64,000 nucleotides of DNA, taken from the NCBI GenBank assembly GCA_025603075.1, contig MU626268.1, positions 1-64,000 on the forward strand, in the 5' to 3' direction. A program made the translations under genes and the position numbers. The notes under the pieces are model-generated. The model saw only the letters and a program-made list of their open reading frames with translations. It searched no databases and was not told the origin of the DNA. The DNA comes from Neoconidiobolus thromboides FSU 785 (Eukaryota > Fungi > Entomophthoromycota). Of the stretch, positions 1-13,372 are shown in pieces; position 1 is the first letter of the stretch; every line of letters begins with the position of its first letter.

Positions 1-3000
1 GTATTACTATAAATTATTCTAGATGCTTTCTTATTAGAAATGTATAGCTTATACTTTATTAAATATCTTATATGATCACAATTTTAATTAATTAAAAGTT
101 AATTGAATTACTTCATTAAAGTAATGCTTTGTAATAAAGGATGAATATTAATTGGCCATATGTATAGAATTGTACTATTGATAAATAATAAGATGGAAAT
201 CAAGTTCTAAAATGTTCTTATTACACTGTATTCTCAAGCATAAACAATACCATCATATTATAAAGATAATATTTCTTTCTTATATTTTAATTAGCCTTTG
301 TTTAGGAATATATATATGTTGTTACTAAGATGGAGTTTTTAACACTTTTTTTATGAATTACTTTTATAAAATTGAAGACAGCTCAATAATAAAATTTGAC
401 CTAATCTAATTTTAACTTTAAAAAACATGTTCTGTATTAGATCAAAGAGTCCTCCTTACTAATGATATTTTTATATTTATCATATTTATCTACTTTTTGA
501 ATACAATCTATAAATAATTTTTTTAAATTTTTAAATAGATATTAATAGGTGATAGAGTCCTTAATATTCAAAAATAAATAATATATTAAAACTATTTTAA
601 TATTTTGAATTCATAATGGGCAAATGATTTGTTAAAATGGAGTATACGGAAAATTTTTGATGGCCAGTTTTTAAGATTTTGATACTAGAGGCATCAGTAA
701 TTGACTTTTTAATTATTTGGTAGATATTGTTTTTTTCAGGCAATCTACCATTTAATATGCAGATAAGGTGTTCGTTGATTAGTATCATTTTTTTTACATA
801 ATATTCTAATATGAACAATAGGTAGTCTAAAGAACAGATGTAGTAAAGTAAGTAGCGATAGTAGAGTCAAAATTGTCTAAAATAGCCTCAAGGTAGTAGG
901 GAGAAAAGACAGTAATATCGACTTTCATAATTATTTTTTAAAATAAATATTAGAACAACATTAGGCTCATTTTTTAATAAAACAAGATATATATTATAAA
1001 TATTCAGTACTTTTAATTTGAAATTCTATGGACACCTTTTAAATTAAATTATCACATATATCAGCTATTTAAGTTAAAATAGTTATTAATAATATAACTC
1101 AACTTATACATAAATGTAATTTTAGTAAGTTGACTATATTTGTTTGAATTCAGGAAATCCAGTGGCGTTTTATTTCAATAAAAAAGGGTCTACAAGACAG
1201 AAGTAAAGAGAAAAGTAATAGAACCCTCTGGTTCCCAAAGGATGAATATGACAATACCTGAAAATAAAATGTTTAGCATGAGATTAAAGTTGGTGGGGAG
1301 TTTAATATAATATGATATTCTTTGACATAAAAAAGATAATTTATCATAAATTAATTGTTTATAGGTGGAAAAAAGTATGAAGGAGATGGTAGTTAAAGGG
1401 TTAGAGAATTTCCTAGTGTGACAAGCGGTGACTGATAAAAACATGGGCTGTACAATTATGCGACATTTATGCTTTGATATATGAGTAAGAAAGCTAGAAA
1501 GGCTAAGTGGACTTTAAAGGTTGGCAATAAAATAAAGAATGCCCTATAGGGAAAAGCAAACCAAGTTTGTTTCCATAGATTTAATGATAACGAAGATATG
1601 GAAATTCTACCTAGATAACCCTTATTTATTTGGCACAGACTACTTAGTTGAAAGCAATACTTGATATCTATATGTTTATTATCAGTTTATAAGCCCCTTC
1701 CAGCCCTGGTTAAATAAAAGAAGGTAATTCAGCTTTATGAAAGAGGTAGTTTAAAGCAAGGGATTGAAAAATGGGAGAGGTGGGTATAGCAAAAAGGCAA
1801 TGCAGAAGTTTCCTTATGTATAAAGTTAAAAGTTGAAGCTTATTTAAAAAAAATCCATGTTTTTTCCAAAGAAACATAAAAGTAAGAAATTTTATTATAT
1901 AAGTTGAAAAGAAAGGGCACATTTTAAATTTTAAAGATTTTGGTCTTAAAGTTATAAGAAATACAAAAATACAATTTTTTTACATATAAATAATTTTTTT
2001 TATTAAGTATAATAATAGTTCTAAGATTACTTAGGGTAGAAATCAAAAAGGGAAAGGTTTTTAAGATGAAATTTGACTGCTTCAGTAAATAAAAGACTAA
2101 TTGAAGTGATGAGGCTCCAAATGAGGATGTAAGCTTTGTTAGAGCCTCGTTGTTTAAATTCAAAGGGGAGGAAAGCACTTTCATTTAGGAAGGTACCATA
2201 AAACAAAAAGTTTATGGTCTTCTTTAATTTTCAACTTTTAGTTTAAGATATTAATAAAGTAATAAATCGTTAATAAAAGAATACGTATATTATAAATATT
2301 ATTACAATAAGTTAACAGCCGATTAAAAATTTAAAATACGGTTTAAAAAGTAAAACGTCATATCAAAACATTTCAAATGATGAAATTTCTTTTAATTTTA
2401 AAAAAGAAGTTAATAATAACAATGCTATCTAAATGATCCACTTACTTTTATAACTATCTATTTACGTTGCATTTCTTATTAATTCCTATTAAAGAAGGCC
2501 TTCGACATATAACTTCTATAATAAAACAAGCACCCCTTATTTAATTCTATTTAGCAAAAGCGAACCAACATTATTAAGGTTTACTCTTATTTTATTATAA
2601 AATCCAAATTTAATTAATGCGATTTTTTTCAAATTAATAATTTGTAATTCTATACAAATAATATACTTTATTTATAAAAATTAAAAACACACTTTAATAA
2701 TTTAACACTTTTATTTATGAATTCAATTAGAACTAATAAGTTATTAGTGGAAAATACTATTTTTGTAATTTTAGCTATATTATAGATTAATGCATGTTAT
2801 TCTTCAATAAAGAACACACTTTTCCAAAAAAATATTAAACACAGCTTTTAAACATATTAATTTTTATTATATATCACTCAACTTATCATATACGTGTATT
2901 AACTTGACTTAAATGGGATTATAAAGTGGCGCCATAGCTATTATTAAAAAAATTAATTATGGTAGATTGCTTTTTATTTTAGTTACGGGTATATATTTAT

Positions 3001-3583
3001 ATGCTATTAAATAGAGCTCGATCTATAATTAAAAAAAATATTACAACGAAATTCTATTATGAAACTATCGATTTCAAAGCTATAAAATACTATAGAATGA
3101 AGAAATTGATATAATTATAATAAAAATTATCAACTATTCGGTAATTCCTAATTCTATTAGCCTAAACCATGGTATTTATTTTATAAAGCAACTTACCATA
3201 AATAATGTATTTCTATTATTTATTTAAGAATTATTAAAATAGGTAAGTCATGCTATAAAATTTCCTAAAAAAAACATATGTAATTACACATAACAATTTG
3301 AGTTAATCATTATCTACTTTATTTTAATATGTTACTAATAGATAAGGTCATTTATTTTTGAATATCAGTTGAACATCCAGTTTATTACATTGCACCTTAT
3401 TTTTATTTTTATTTTTATTTTTTGAACCTTATTTTACTAATACTTTCGCCAAACAACTATAATTAACTTAATGACTCAGTTGTTTTTGTCTTTGAAATTT
3501 AATAATCTATCTGTTTTTATTTATAAAATTTGATATTAAATTTAGTAGTGAATTATATATATATGTTATTTAACATAAATAAA

Positions 3584-3677
3584 TGGAGATGTATTTTTTT
3601 TAAAACTTTACTAACAATCTTTCCGCTCAAATAACGCTTAAAAATAGAAAAAGTGATGAAACCAAAAAACATACAAA
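3584..3677 (+). mobile_element. MITE family A copy (degenerate ends)
   Basis: TGGAGATGTATTTTT...ACTAACAATCTTTCCGCTCAAATAACGCTTAAAAATAGAAAAAGTGATGAAACC matches the family consensus. Confidence 0.85.
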
Positions 3678-4110
3678 TAATATATTTTAAGGTTTATTCA
3701 AATGGAAAAATTTGATCCTTGTTTTAATTGTATTACAATTAAACCATAGTTTTTATTATATTCAAATCAACAAGCTATAACTATAAACTATTCTTCTTTT
3801 AATAGTATATGCTTAAACCATATATTTCATGTAAAATTGATTAGGATAAATTTTAAAAAATGATAATCTTGTTTTTATTTTCAAATTCAAAAAGTGTCAT
3901 AATCTAATAATTCCATTAAATATTATATCTTTAATATGGATGGTTTATTAAATAATATTAAACGGGTATATTCTATTACATCAAATAAAATACTTTTACA
4001 GTATATAAGAAAATTATTTGGGAATTAAGAAGATAAATAATAAGTAAAAGTTAAAAAATCCCATTGAATTGTTAATTATTGTTAGAATTTATTTAAAACA
4101 CCACAGTATT

Positions 4111-4211
4111 TGGGGATGTTTTTTTTGGTTTCATTACTTTTTCCATTTTTTAAGCGCTATTTGAGCGGAAAGATTGTTAGTAAAGTTCTTAGACAAAAAA
4201 ATACATCCCCA
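4111..4211 (-). mobile_element. MITE family A copy, intact TIRs
   Basis: TGGGGATGTTTTTTT...AAAAATACATCCCCA; 101 bp. Confidence 0.92.
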
Positions 4212-5658
4212 TTTATTAAAAAGAAATCAATTATAAATTGAAAAGTTTCTTCATTGTAAGTTATTATCCAATATTATACAATTAATCAAATAAAACAATA
4301 TCAAATTCTAATAGTCATCAATTCTCATAATAAAGCATTTTTAGTTAAATTTTAAAATTATTAAAAATTATTAAATTTGTTTAATATTATTGTTTGTGGT
4401 AATAATATTAATGTATTAAATAATCAATCAAACTTAAATATATTTTTGAAAGTTACTAAATAATTGAAAACTAAAAAAACAACTCATCACTTAATTATTA
4501 AAAATATCATAGTTGGTATTCAAGCTGGTATATTAAGGTAAAAACAAAAATAATTTGAATACTGGGTTTTAAACTTAAGAAACACATAGCATGATCTGAA
4601 TTCTATAAAGTGTTATGTTATCTTTTAATAATTAAATATTGTTAGAATTCTAAAAAAAATTAGTTGATAAAATATTAAATTGTAAAAACTATCACCAGAT
4701 TGTTCAGAATTGAGATAAAAAGAGTATAAAATTAATTAGTTACAACTATTACAACTTTTTTGTAACTTGACTGAATTTTGATATCTATTTATTTCTTTAA
4801 TGAGCAATTAATTATTACTCAAAAACTCGCAAAAATTGCAACATCTATATTTAATCAAGCGTGAAATAATACACATATTCGACTCCTTAATTATTATAAG
4901 CTTTTTAAATAATTTCTATTATCAGTTGAGTTTTAATAATATAAATTGACATTTAATTGGCTTCTACTATTTTTATAATTATGAATTATAACAATTAAAA
5001 AAGTTGAAGGTCCTCATTATTTAAAACCTGGTTATATAAAAATACTGGTATTTCAAACTAGAAATTTCAACTGAAAGAGGCTTATTTTATAGTAGTTATT
5101 AATGGGCTTATTAGATTTAAATATATAAATTTCAACTTTAGTCTTTGTTTAGAATTTTATAAACATTGTTATTATTTTAATAAACTAATTAGAATGTATT
5201 ATTATTCAAGATTCTTTGAAAAAAAGAAAAAGAAAAAGAAAAAGTTAATATATTATTTTAAATTATTACATTAACAATCATTACAAAGTTTTATTGTATT
5301 TAATATATATTCAATATTGATATTTAAAAAATTAGCTAATTTTATTGAATTATGATAACTATCTAATTTAATTTATTTGATTTGTAAAAGTTTATTCAAT
5401 GTTGAATTCAAAATTACAAATTCAAGTTAATTATTTCATAATGGTGGTAGATAAAGTAAAACCGAAAATGAAATTGGCTTGCCTAATTCTTCAAAAAGAT
5501 TCAAAATTAGTGTCAGGGTGACTGTGTTTTTTTAAAAAGCGCAGTTCCCTCTCTTACAATTAAATTAATAATCAAAAGATACAATTTATTTACAATAAAA
5601 AAAATATAAGATCCGAATAAACGAGCAATATACAGAATAAAAAAGATTAGTGGATAAG

Positions 5659-6669
5659 TTAAGTAAAGTTAGTCACGCTTTGATAATAATTGATGAGCAT
5701 AGAATAAGTATTAATAAGTAAATGTGGCATGTTAGCTGGGGTTTTAGAGGAGGTTATAATCGAATCTAAATTACATAATAATAAAAAAGTATTAATAATG
5801 TTACGGAACTTGATGGGTTTGTTAATATAAAGGTAAGATACTTGACATAAAATATCAATAAGGTTCTTGATAATATGAGTTGCATTATTTTGAATGAATA
5901 TGTTAATTAAAGTAATAAACCTATCTGCAGAAATAAGTGGGATATGATCATGTATATTATCAAAGTAATATACGATATAATCATATTGTTCTTGATTGAT
6001 TAAACTTGGTATAAACTTTGATAACTTTGATTTAAACATTTCTTTATCTCTTCTCAAGGTTTCTTCCATCATTTTATTATAATCTCTTTTTAACATTTCT
6101 TCAAATAAGAGCATTTTATGTCTTTGTTTATAACTAAGTATATGGTCTTCTTTAGTTGATGGTAAAATAATGTTATTATTAGATTCATTTGAGATTAATG
6201 GATTAACAATTTCATTAGTAGATTCAAGAATTGATATTGGACGTATTGTATCTTCTTTTAATTCATTTTTTAACTCTTCAATCAATTCATTAGTAGCATA
6301 AGAAAGCATGGAACTAGTTTCTGATTCTTCATCATCATTATTGTAATCCATTTCTGATTTAAAATCTTCAATTGCGTCCCCAATTCGAGTTGGTGAAGTA
6401 GCAAAATCAGAAGATTCATAAGTAGAAGGAGATGGGGATGGATTATATACAGAACCCATAACTGGTGAAGGAGAAGCTTCTACTTTAACTTTAGTAGTAT
6501 GTTTAGTCCTTTTACTTGATTTTGGTTTAGGTCCTCGTTTTTGTAATGGTTTATTTCGAGTACAGCTCACCTTTCGTTTACCACAGTTTTTACAATGAGG
6601 TTTAATCCTATCACATCTAATCTTTAGTCTGCGACAATTATCACAAGAACGATCAAAATGCTGAGGCAT
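5659..6669 (-). CDS. Zn(II)2Cys6 fungal transcription factor
   Basis: N-terminal CDNCRRLKIRCDRIKPHCKNCGKRKVSC binuclear cluster plus KRGPKPK linker; 336-aa uninterrupted ORF. Confidence 0.92.
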   Translation of the reverse strand: MPQHFDRSCDNCRRLKIRCDRIKPHCKNCGKRKVSCTRNKPLQKRGPKPKSSKRTKHTTKVKVEASPSPVMGSVYNPSPSPSTYESSDFATSPTRIGDAIEDFKSEMDYNNDDEESETSSMLSYATNELIEELKNELKEDTIRPISILESTNEIVNPLISNESNNNIILPSTKEDHILSYKQRHKMLLFEEMLKRDYNKMMEETLRRDKEMFKSKLSKFIPSLINQEQYDYIVYYFDNIHDHIPLISADRFITLINIFIQNNATHIIKNLIDILCQVSYLYINKPIKFRNIINTFLLLCNLDSIITSSKTPANMPHLLINTYSMLINYYQSVTNFT

Positions 6670-8412
6670 GTTGTTATTGAATTATTATTAAAATTAATTA
6701 AAACTTATTTAGTTTATATATATATTGAATCTAAATATTATTATTTATAATGGTACCAAATTAAATTCCAAACCTTGCTTTGATTAATCGTGTTTATATA
6801 CTTTTTGGACTAAGCAAAATGCTATTAATTCAACTTTTAGCTAAGCTTTTACTCAATGCTTTCCCCACCCTTTTAAAAATACCTTGAACAACCTATACCA
6901 ATCAAAATACAATTAACTTTGAATATATATATTAATTGGATATTAAAAGTTGATTTCTTAGCAATTACTTTTTATAAGGAAAAGGAAGGGGTTAGTTGAT
7001 CACTTGACTTGAATCAGTAAACTTTGCCACTAGGTCAAAAACCAATTAAACTTTTATTATCTTCACTTACTTAATTATTATTGGTACTCATCCCCTCTAT
7101 GGAAATTTAATATGATCTTTATGACTTCATTGTTTTAATAATTAATATTTTATCAAATAAAATATCGACTCATTATTGAACTAAGTTATATTATTTGTAC
7201 ATTATATTAAATGTTAATAAATTTGGTTAAATCAGCTTGTAAAAGTTTAAGCTTGTTGATAAAAAAATGAATTAAAAAAATCAAAATAATTAACTGCTTT
7301 TAGTACTGGTTTTTAATAGTTTAATTCAATTTTAATATACTTAATAAAACATGAAATGAATTCTTTTTTTAAATATATTTCAAGTTGTAATTCTTATAAT
7401 ACAATTGATTGTATTTTTACTTTTATTTTTTAATTTGAGGTGTAATAAGGGTTATCCTTTTGAATATATTTGTTAGACTCCTTAAATTTGAATTACAACA
7501 ATAAAATATACTGCGTAATTGGAATTCTAGTTCTTTTAGACACTATTAACATTCTTACATTACCTCAAGTTTAAATGATCCTTTTATATAATTTATCTTG
7601 ACAAATAGAAATTAATTTAATGTTAAATTAAAGTTGAATTATAATTAGTAGTTGATATAATTGATACAAGTGTTATGATATTAAAGATATATTCTATATA
7701 TTATTATAATTGAATCTGGATTTCAACTGGAAAATAAAAGTTTACAATTTTAGAAAATAATAATTTTAATATATACACAGTTATTTTTATTGAAATGCAT
7801 TTGTAATAATGCAAATCTTATTAGCCGGGGAATACAATTAATAGTTTAAATTATTTCAAATAAATAACAAACAAGTTTAAATTATTGAGTTAATATACTA
7901 TATGTAGAATGTGTTGATACTATGTAACAATTGTTTTAAATTTAAATAGACAGATTTCTAAAAATCATTGAAATAAGCTAAAAAAATATTATTAACCTTA
8001 TTATTCTATTAATAGATTATATCTATTTATTAAGATTAAGGTTAAAAATCATGACTATCAATAAGTAATATATAGTTATAATTGTGGAATTTTATTAATT
8101 TTAATAAAAATGAATTATATGTTTTAAAATTTTCATTATATTTAGATAATATTACAAATAAATCTAAACTCTACAATATAATTAAACAAATAAAATAACT
8201 GAATGTTATTCACATTTTCTATTCCTTGAGATATAATAATATAGAATCTTTTTTTAAATTATTTATTAAAAATATTATCATTTATATTAAAAACATCATA
8301 GTTATCGTATTTTTAAATATATAAAAATAAAGCTTTTATTAATGAATTTTAGAACTAAAACATATACTATCTTATTCCCCTTAGACGGATATTAATAGAA
8401 ATTCTTACCTAG

Positions 8413-8513
8413 TAAATGGATGCTTTTCAGTTTCATCATTTTTTCCAGTTTTTAAGTACTATTTGAGTGGAAAAAGTTAGTAGTAAAATTGTTAAACAAA
8501 AAGTACATTCGCA
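8413..8513 (-). mobile_element. MITE family A copy (degenerate)
   Basis: TTTCATCATTTTTTCC...TTTAAGTACTATTTGAGTGGAAAA...AAAATTGTTAAACAAAAAGTACAT is the reverse complement of the consensus. Confidence 0.75.
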
Positions 8514-8594
8514 GATATTAAAGATAATCCCAAAAGTGCTAGATTTTATTTGAATTCTTTAATTAGTACCTCAATTTTTACTTATGCTAAAAAT

Positions 8595-8666
8595 AATACT
8601 AATACTAATACTAATACTAATACTAATACTAATACTAATACTAATACTAATACTAATACTAATACT
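8595..8666. repeat. (AATACT)12 hexanucleotide microsatellite
   Basis: 12 perfect tandem AATACT units. Confidence 0.97.
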
Positions 8667-8998
8667 ATTCAATCAACTCTCACTAATATTGATATGAATA
8701 TTATCTTTTAAAACTAATTTTAATCAAAAAGTTATTAATGTATATATCAATTTGAATATTATAAGGATTTGACTTTGAAATTTAATATAGCATTCATAAA
8801 TTGCTTAATAAAAGTCTATTTTAATATTGAATTAAGTTGAATAATTTAAATAAAATAAAAGTATTAAAAAAGGATTTATAAATTTCAAATAAAAACAATA
8901 AAAAAATATTAATTTATTATCAAAACAAACTAAACTATTCTTATAGGTTTCATCTTTCATATTAATTCAATTAAAAATATAAGAAAAAAAATAGTATA

Positions 8999-9094
8999 TG
9001 GGGGTGTTTTTTTTACTTCATTTTTTTCATCTTTTAAGTACTATTTAGCAGAAAAATTGTTAATAAAATTGTTAAACATAAAAATACATCCCCA
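8999..9094 (-). mobile_element. MITE family A copy, just 3' of kelch gene stop
   Basis: TA-TGGGGGTGTTTTT...AAAATACATCCCCA-TA. Confidence 0.9.
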
Positions 9095-9118
9095 TATCCA
9101 TCATCAATTTATAACTGC

Positions 9119-10606
9119 TTAATTATAATCTACTGAATTAGCAGTAGAAATATAAATATCCTTATTATCAAATTGTAATGAAGTATTAGGAGATTGAACT
9201 GAAGTAGAATGAATAGCTGTAGGAAATGAAGTATAAATATTACTAGTTGGAACATTATTATCAGCAGGTGGAGAAAGGGGAATATAAAATACATCCTTAT
9301 CTTTTTCAGAAGATGGAATAGATATAGTATCTGGCTTTATTTTAGTTGATTTCTTAGTTTTAGTAGTGGATGATATATTATAATTCAATCTTCTTTTAAT
9401 TAAATAACCTAATAATAATAATAATAAGATAATTGAACTTAAAGTGATTCCAGTTACCATAGCAAAATTAGTTGATTTTTCATTAGTCGAAGTATTTAAA
9501 TTGTTAATATCTAAAGTATTAAAAAATGATGAATCTTCTTCTTTTTCTTCTTTTTCTTTAGTAATATCATTTAATGAGTTATAACTATTAGTTTGTTGAA
9601 ACGTAACTAAATCAATTAATTGAGTGGATTTTAATTGTTCTTCATTATTAGAACCAAATGATTGAATCAAATAATTATTAATATTAATTAAACAAGAATC
9701 AGCAACAATATTAAAATTATAAGTAATATTACTATCTTTCCATTCAAAATTAATTAAATCTAAATAATATAATGTTGAATGTGTTTTATTTAAATTAATT
9801 AAAGTATAAATTGTATTATTGATTTTTAAACTTCTTGAATATAAATTATTAGGTAATTGAATACCTTTAGTATTAATCGTATTAAATTGATTATTTGTAA
9901 AATTAAATAGTGATATTTGATTTAATGAATTAAAATTATTATCTTTATCAACACCACCAATAGTTATTAATTGATTATTATAAATTATTGAATAATGACT
10001 AATTATCGGAGGATATTGAATATTATTATCTTTCCATTCGTCTAACTGTTTATTATAAAGAAATAATTTAGTCATATATTTTAATTTATCATATTGATTA
10101 ATAAATACTCCTCCATATAATAAATAATCATGATTATTGTTATCACTTGTATCTAATTTTATCAAATTAAATAATAAATATGTTATTTTTTTATTTCCTT
10201 GCTGTTCAATAATGTTGTAGAAATAGGGATTATTCTTTAAATTTAACTTATTTGTATTCCCATTGTTAATGTTGTAATCTATTATAAAGTCATCAACATT
10301 CTTTTCTTTACCTCCAATAATTAATATATTGTTATCTTCATTAACCGCATTAAACATTGTATTTAGTTGTAATTTGATTGTTGATTGATTATATTGTTTC
10401 CATGGAGCAATATTCTCTTTGATTTTAAATGATTGATTAAAATCTAATGTATAAATATCATTATTAATATAAAATTTTTGATCTTCAATATTAAATCTTT
10501 TTCCACCTAGATAATATATTTGATTTCCATTTGTAATACAACTACCCGAACTTAATAATAATGATAATCGTAATGGAAGTAATAATAATAAAAGATAAAA
10601 TGACAT
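9119..10606 (-). CDS. Kelch/galactose-oxidase-like beta-propeller, type I membrane protein (paralogue 1)
   Basis: Hydrophobic signal peptide, kelch-type YYLGG / IIGG / LLYGG / TIGG blades, single TM (FAMVTGITLSSIILLLLLLGYLI), Ser/Thr-rich tail. Confidence 0.85.
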   Translation of the reverse strand: MSFYLLLLLLPLRLSLLLSSGSCITNGNQIYYLGGKRFNIEDQKFYINNDIYTLDFNQSFKIKENIAPWKQYNQSTIKLQLNTMFNAVNEDNNILIIGGKEKNVDDFIIDYNINNGNTNKLNLKNNPYFYNIIEQQGNKKITYLLFNLIKLDTSDNNNHDYLLYGGVFINQYDKLKYMTKLFLYNKQLDEWKDNNIQYPPIISHYSIIYNNQLITIGGVDKDNNFNSLNQISLFNFTNNQFNTINTKGIQLPNNLYSRSLKINNTIYTLINLNKTHSTLYYLDLINFEWKDSNITYNFNIVADSCLININNYLIQSFGSNNEEQLKSTQLIDLVTFQQTNSYNSLNDITKEKEEKEEDSSFFNTLDINNLNTSTNEKSTNFAMVTGITLSSIILLLLLLGYLIKRRLNYNISSTTKTKKSTKIKPDTISIPSSEKDKDVFYIPLSPPADNNVPTSNIYTSFPTAIHSTSVQSPNTSLQFDNKDIYISTANSVDYN

Positions 10607-11082
10607 TTTAAAAAAAGGAGAAAAAAGGGAAAAAGAGAAAAAGAGAAAAAGAACAGTTTAGTTAAAAGTGAAAGTTGATGATATTTAAAAACTAGTTAGA
10701 ACTTTTATTAATCAATGAATTGAATCTAATATAGTCATTCCTTTTTAATGAAATTTCTCAATTCTTAAAGTATATTTTAAAAATTGGGCATATTAATAAA
10801 TTCAATTCAAAGATGAGATTAATTTAATTTACCATTTAAGTTGCCCATTGTTTTTGAAGAATGCACTATTAGTTAACTTTTATTTTCAATGATTAAAATA
10901 TTTTTTAACTTTACAGATAAAAAATAATCTAATATTAAATTATTAAATTATTAAGTTATTAAATTATTAAATGATTCGATTCTAAGTGACAAATAAACTT
11001 TTGTATTTTATATATTAAAAATAAGTCGAAAATTCGAATTGAATTCAATTTGATTTACTTTTAAAATTGAATAAACTATATA

Positions 11083-11179
11083 TGGGGATGTATTTTTTGT
11101 TTGAGAATTTTACTAATAGCTTTTCCACTCAAATAGTGCTTAAAAAATGGAGAAGTGATAAAACTATAAAATATTTCCA
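11083..11179 (+). mobile_element. MITE family A copy
   Basis: TA-TGGGGATGTATTTTTTG...TTTTCCACTCAAATAGTGCTTAAAAAATGGAGAAGTGAT. Confidence 0.88.
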
Positions 11180-11645
11180 TACACTAAAATTGGTTAAAAT
11201 TTCAATTAATTGATAATTAATTACTAATATTAAATAAGTAAAATAATATTGAAACTTGATACTTAATGAAGTAATATTACTGAAACTTTAAGTTGATGCC
11301 AATCATATATTACCTCAATAAAACACTGTTAATATATATTATTTATTCCTATTTATTAAATTCATTATACAATTAATTATAATACTCATTTTAATAATAT
11401 AGCTCTAATTTTGTACTATCCATTAACCAACAGCGATGTAAAACAATTATATACCAATAAATACCACAAAATAATCTATCACGAAATAATCTATTAAAAA
11501 ATAAATGACTCTATCTACTTCAATAAAACTATATATATTTATTTATTGATCTAAATACTCTAGGTCCCTACTAAAATGTATTAATTAATCCAAAGCGACA
11601 AAAAATTACATTAGTTATATAAAAATAATTCCTGGTCAATACCAT

Positions 11646-11716
11646 GCAATGTTGGTTTAGTGGTAAAATTGCCGCCTGCCACGCGGCAGCCCCGGGTTCG
11701 ATTCCCGGACATTGCA
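11646..11716 (+). tRNA. tRNA-Gly(GCC)
   Basis: 71 nt; acceptor GCAATGT/ACATTGC, anticodon arm GCCGC-CTGCCAC-GCGGC, T-loop TTCGATT; oligo-T downstream. Confidence 0.97.
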
Positions 11717-11826
11717 TATTTAATCCTTTTTTGTTAAAGGATTTAACTAGTTTTTATAATGATAATAACAGTATAAATAAGTTCTATATAATTTAAATTA
11801 CAGAAGTTACTTCAATAAAAAAAATA

Positions 11827-11904
11827 GGGAGATATATTTTTGTATAAGAATTTTACTAGCATTTTTCCGCTTGAAAAAGCAATGAGACCAAAGAAACATC
11901 CTCA
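11827..11904 (+). mobile_element. MITE family A copy with internal deletion, between tRNA-Gly and tRNA-Asn
   Basis: GATATATTTTTGTATAAGAATTTTACTAGCATTTTTCCGCTT...AAACATCCTCATAT. Confidence 0.8.
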
Positions 11905-11996
11905 TATAGTAGAAACACAGCTAAAATCAACAGTTATTTATTGGATTTACAAAATCAATATATATACATTTAACAACTTATAGTAGCAACAAGAAA

Positions 11997-12070
11997 GCTC
12001 GTATGGCGCAATTGGCTAGCGCGTTCGACTGTTAATCGAGAGGTTGCTGGTTCGATCCCAGCTATGAGCG
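11997..12070 (+). tRNA. tRNA-Asn(GTT)
   Basis: 74 nt; acceptor GCTCGTA/TATGAGC, D-stem GCGC/GCGC, anticodon arm TTCGA-CTGTTAA-TCGAG, T-arm GCTGG-TTCGATC-CCAGC. Confidence 0.97.
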
Positions 12071-12178
12071 TTCACATCACGTAACATTTTTTTTCTATTC
12101 TTAAAATTCTTTTATTTTCAACAACAATAGGTTAAAGTTTTTATAGTTGTTGCTTTATCTGTCATTGAAAACAACTAA

Positions 12179-12310
12179 TGGGGGGATATATTTTTGTGTT
12201 TAAGAATTTTATTAAAATTATAACATAAAGACGCTTTCTTTGCCTTGTTACTTTTGTTTTTTAAACACTACTTGAATAGAAAAATTCTTAAACATAAGAA
12301 TACATCTTTA
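12179..12310. mobile_element. MITE family A fragments (5' end in + orientation, then a degenerate - copy)
   Basis: TGGGGGGATATATTTTTGTGTTTAAGAATTTT at 12179; AAATTCTTAAACATAAGAATACATC near 12283-12306. Confidence 0.7.
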
Positions 12311-12600
12311 TGTTTTTATTAAATTTACTATGAAAATCTAAATTGACTGATTAAATAGCTAAAGTTATTTATTAGGCTTATAATTGTTAAAATTGAAATG
12401 AAAACTTAAAAAAGCTAGATTAATATTTATAAAAATTGATATTAAGTTTTATAAAATAAAATTATTTTTTAACTGTTTAATAAATTTAAATAATTGTTGA
12501 CAAAGCTAGATGTATTTTAAATTTATACATAATTAATCTAAAGCTTTTTATCTAAACTTATTGTAAAAAAAATACATACTTTAATATTTATATTTAACAG

Positions 12601-12922
12601 TGTGAAACCTAGTAGTCAGTGATTGGAGTCAAAAACAGCTATTGCCTGGTTGACTACACTGTAAGTCGAAAGGTCTTAGCTTATGTGACTAAAATAGACC
12701 TGAATTATGAAGAATATCACGTAATAGGCTATGGACTACGTAAGACAAATAGAATAGACAGTAGTAATATAAAATCTACGTAAAATACTATCAAGGAAAT
12801 TTAATACCTTTATTAAAGGTATGAGATATCAGAGAATAATTCAGTTAAAAAGCTTCGAGTTAGCGTATTCTAGAATCTCTTTTACATTCCAACAAGTATA
12901 GATATCAAAACGAGAGAATAAT
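12601..12922 (-). mobile_element. Solo-LTR-like family L, partial copy (3' two-thirds)
   Basis: Starts TGTGAAACC; collinear with 44023-44340; truncated at a MITE. Confidence 0.8.
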
Positions 12923-12923
12923 A

Positions 12924-13022
12924 TAGTGATATTTTTTTACTTCATCACTTTTTCGATCTTTCAAGCACTATTTGAGTGGAAACATTGTCAATAAAATTCT
13001 TAAACACAAAAATACAACCCCA
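12924..13022 (-). mobile_element. MITE family A copy abutting the partial L element
   Basis: TAGTGATATTTTTTTACTTCATCAC...AATTCTTAAACACAAAAATACAACCCCA. Confidence 0.88.
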
Positions 13023-13084
13023 TTTAATTGTTAATAGTAAAAAAACAGATACACTTTTTAAAAATTATAAAAGAAACAATAATA

Positions 13085-13185
13085 TGGTGATGTATTTTTG
13101 TGTTCAAGAATTTTACCAACAAATTTTCCGCTTAAATGGTGCTTAGAAAATGGAAAAAATAATGAAGTCAAAAAAAACACTCTCA
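13085..13185 (+). mobile_element. MITE family A copy
   Basis: TA-TGGTGATGTATTTTTGTGTTCAAG...AAAAAAAACACTCTCA-TA. Confidence 0.9.
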
Positions 13186-13372
13186 TATAAAAAAGGTAAA
13201 AAAGTATAAAACGTTAAAAGATATTTATATTTTATTAAATATAATAATAAATTAAGAAAAGTGATATGACCTTAATTAAAATGATGAAGTTCATAAAGAA
13301 TTAAAAAATCAACTCTACCCTATTTTATAAAAATAATAGAAATTTTAAAAGTTTCAATATTCATTAAGCAAG

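Noticed and set aside
597-2184. ORFs 597-818, 1190-1444, 1710-1922, 1924-2184
   Set aside because: Short, F/L/I/K-rich translations expected from AT-rich DNA; no domain evidence.
12805-12823. Palindrome ATACCTTTATTAAAGGTAT inside the L element
   Set aside because: Not conserved in the copies at 44023 and 55800, so unlikely to be a functional element feature.
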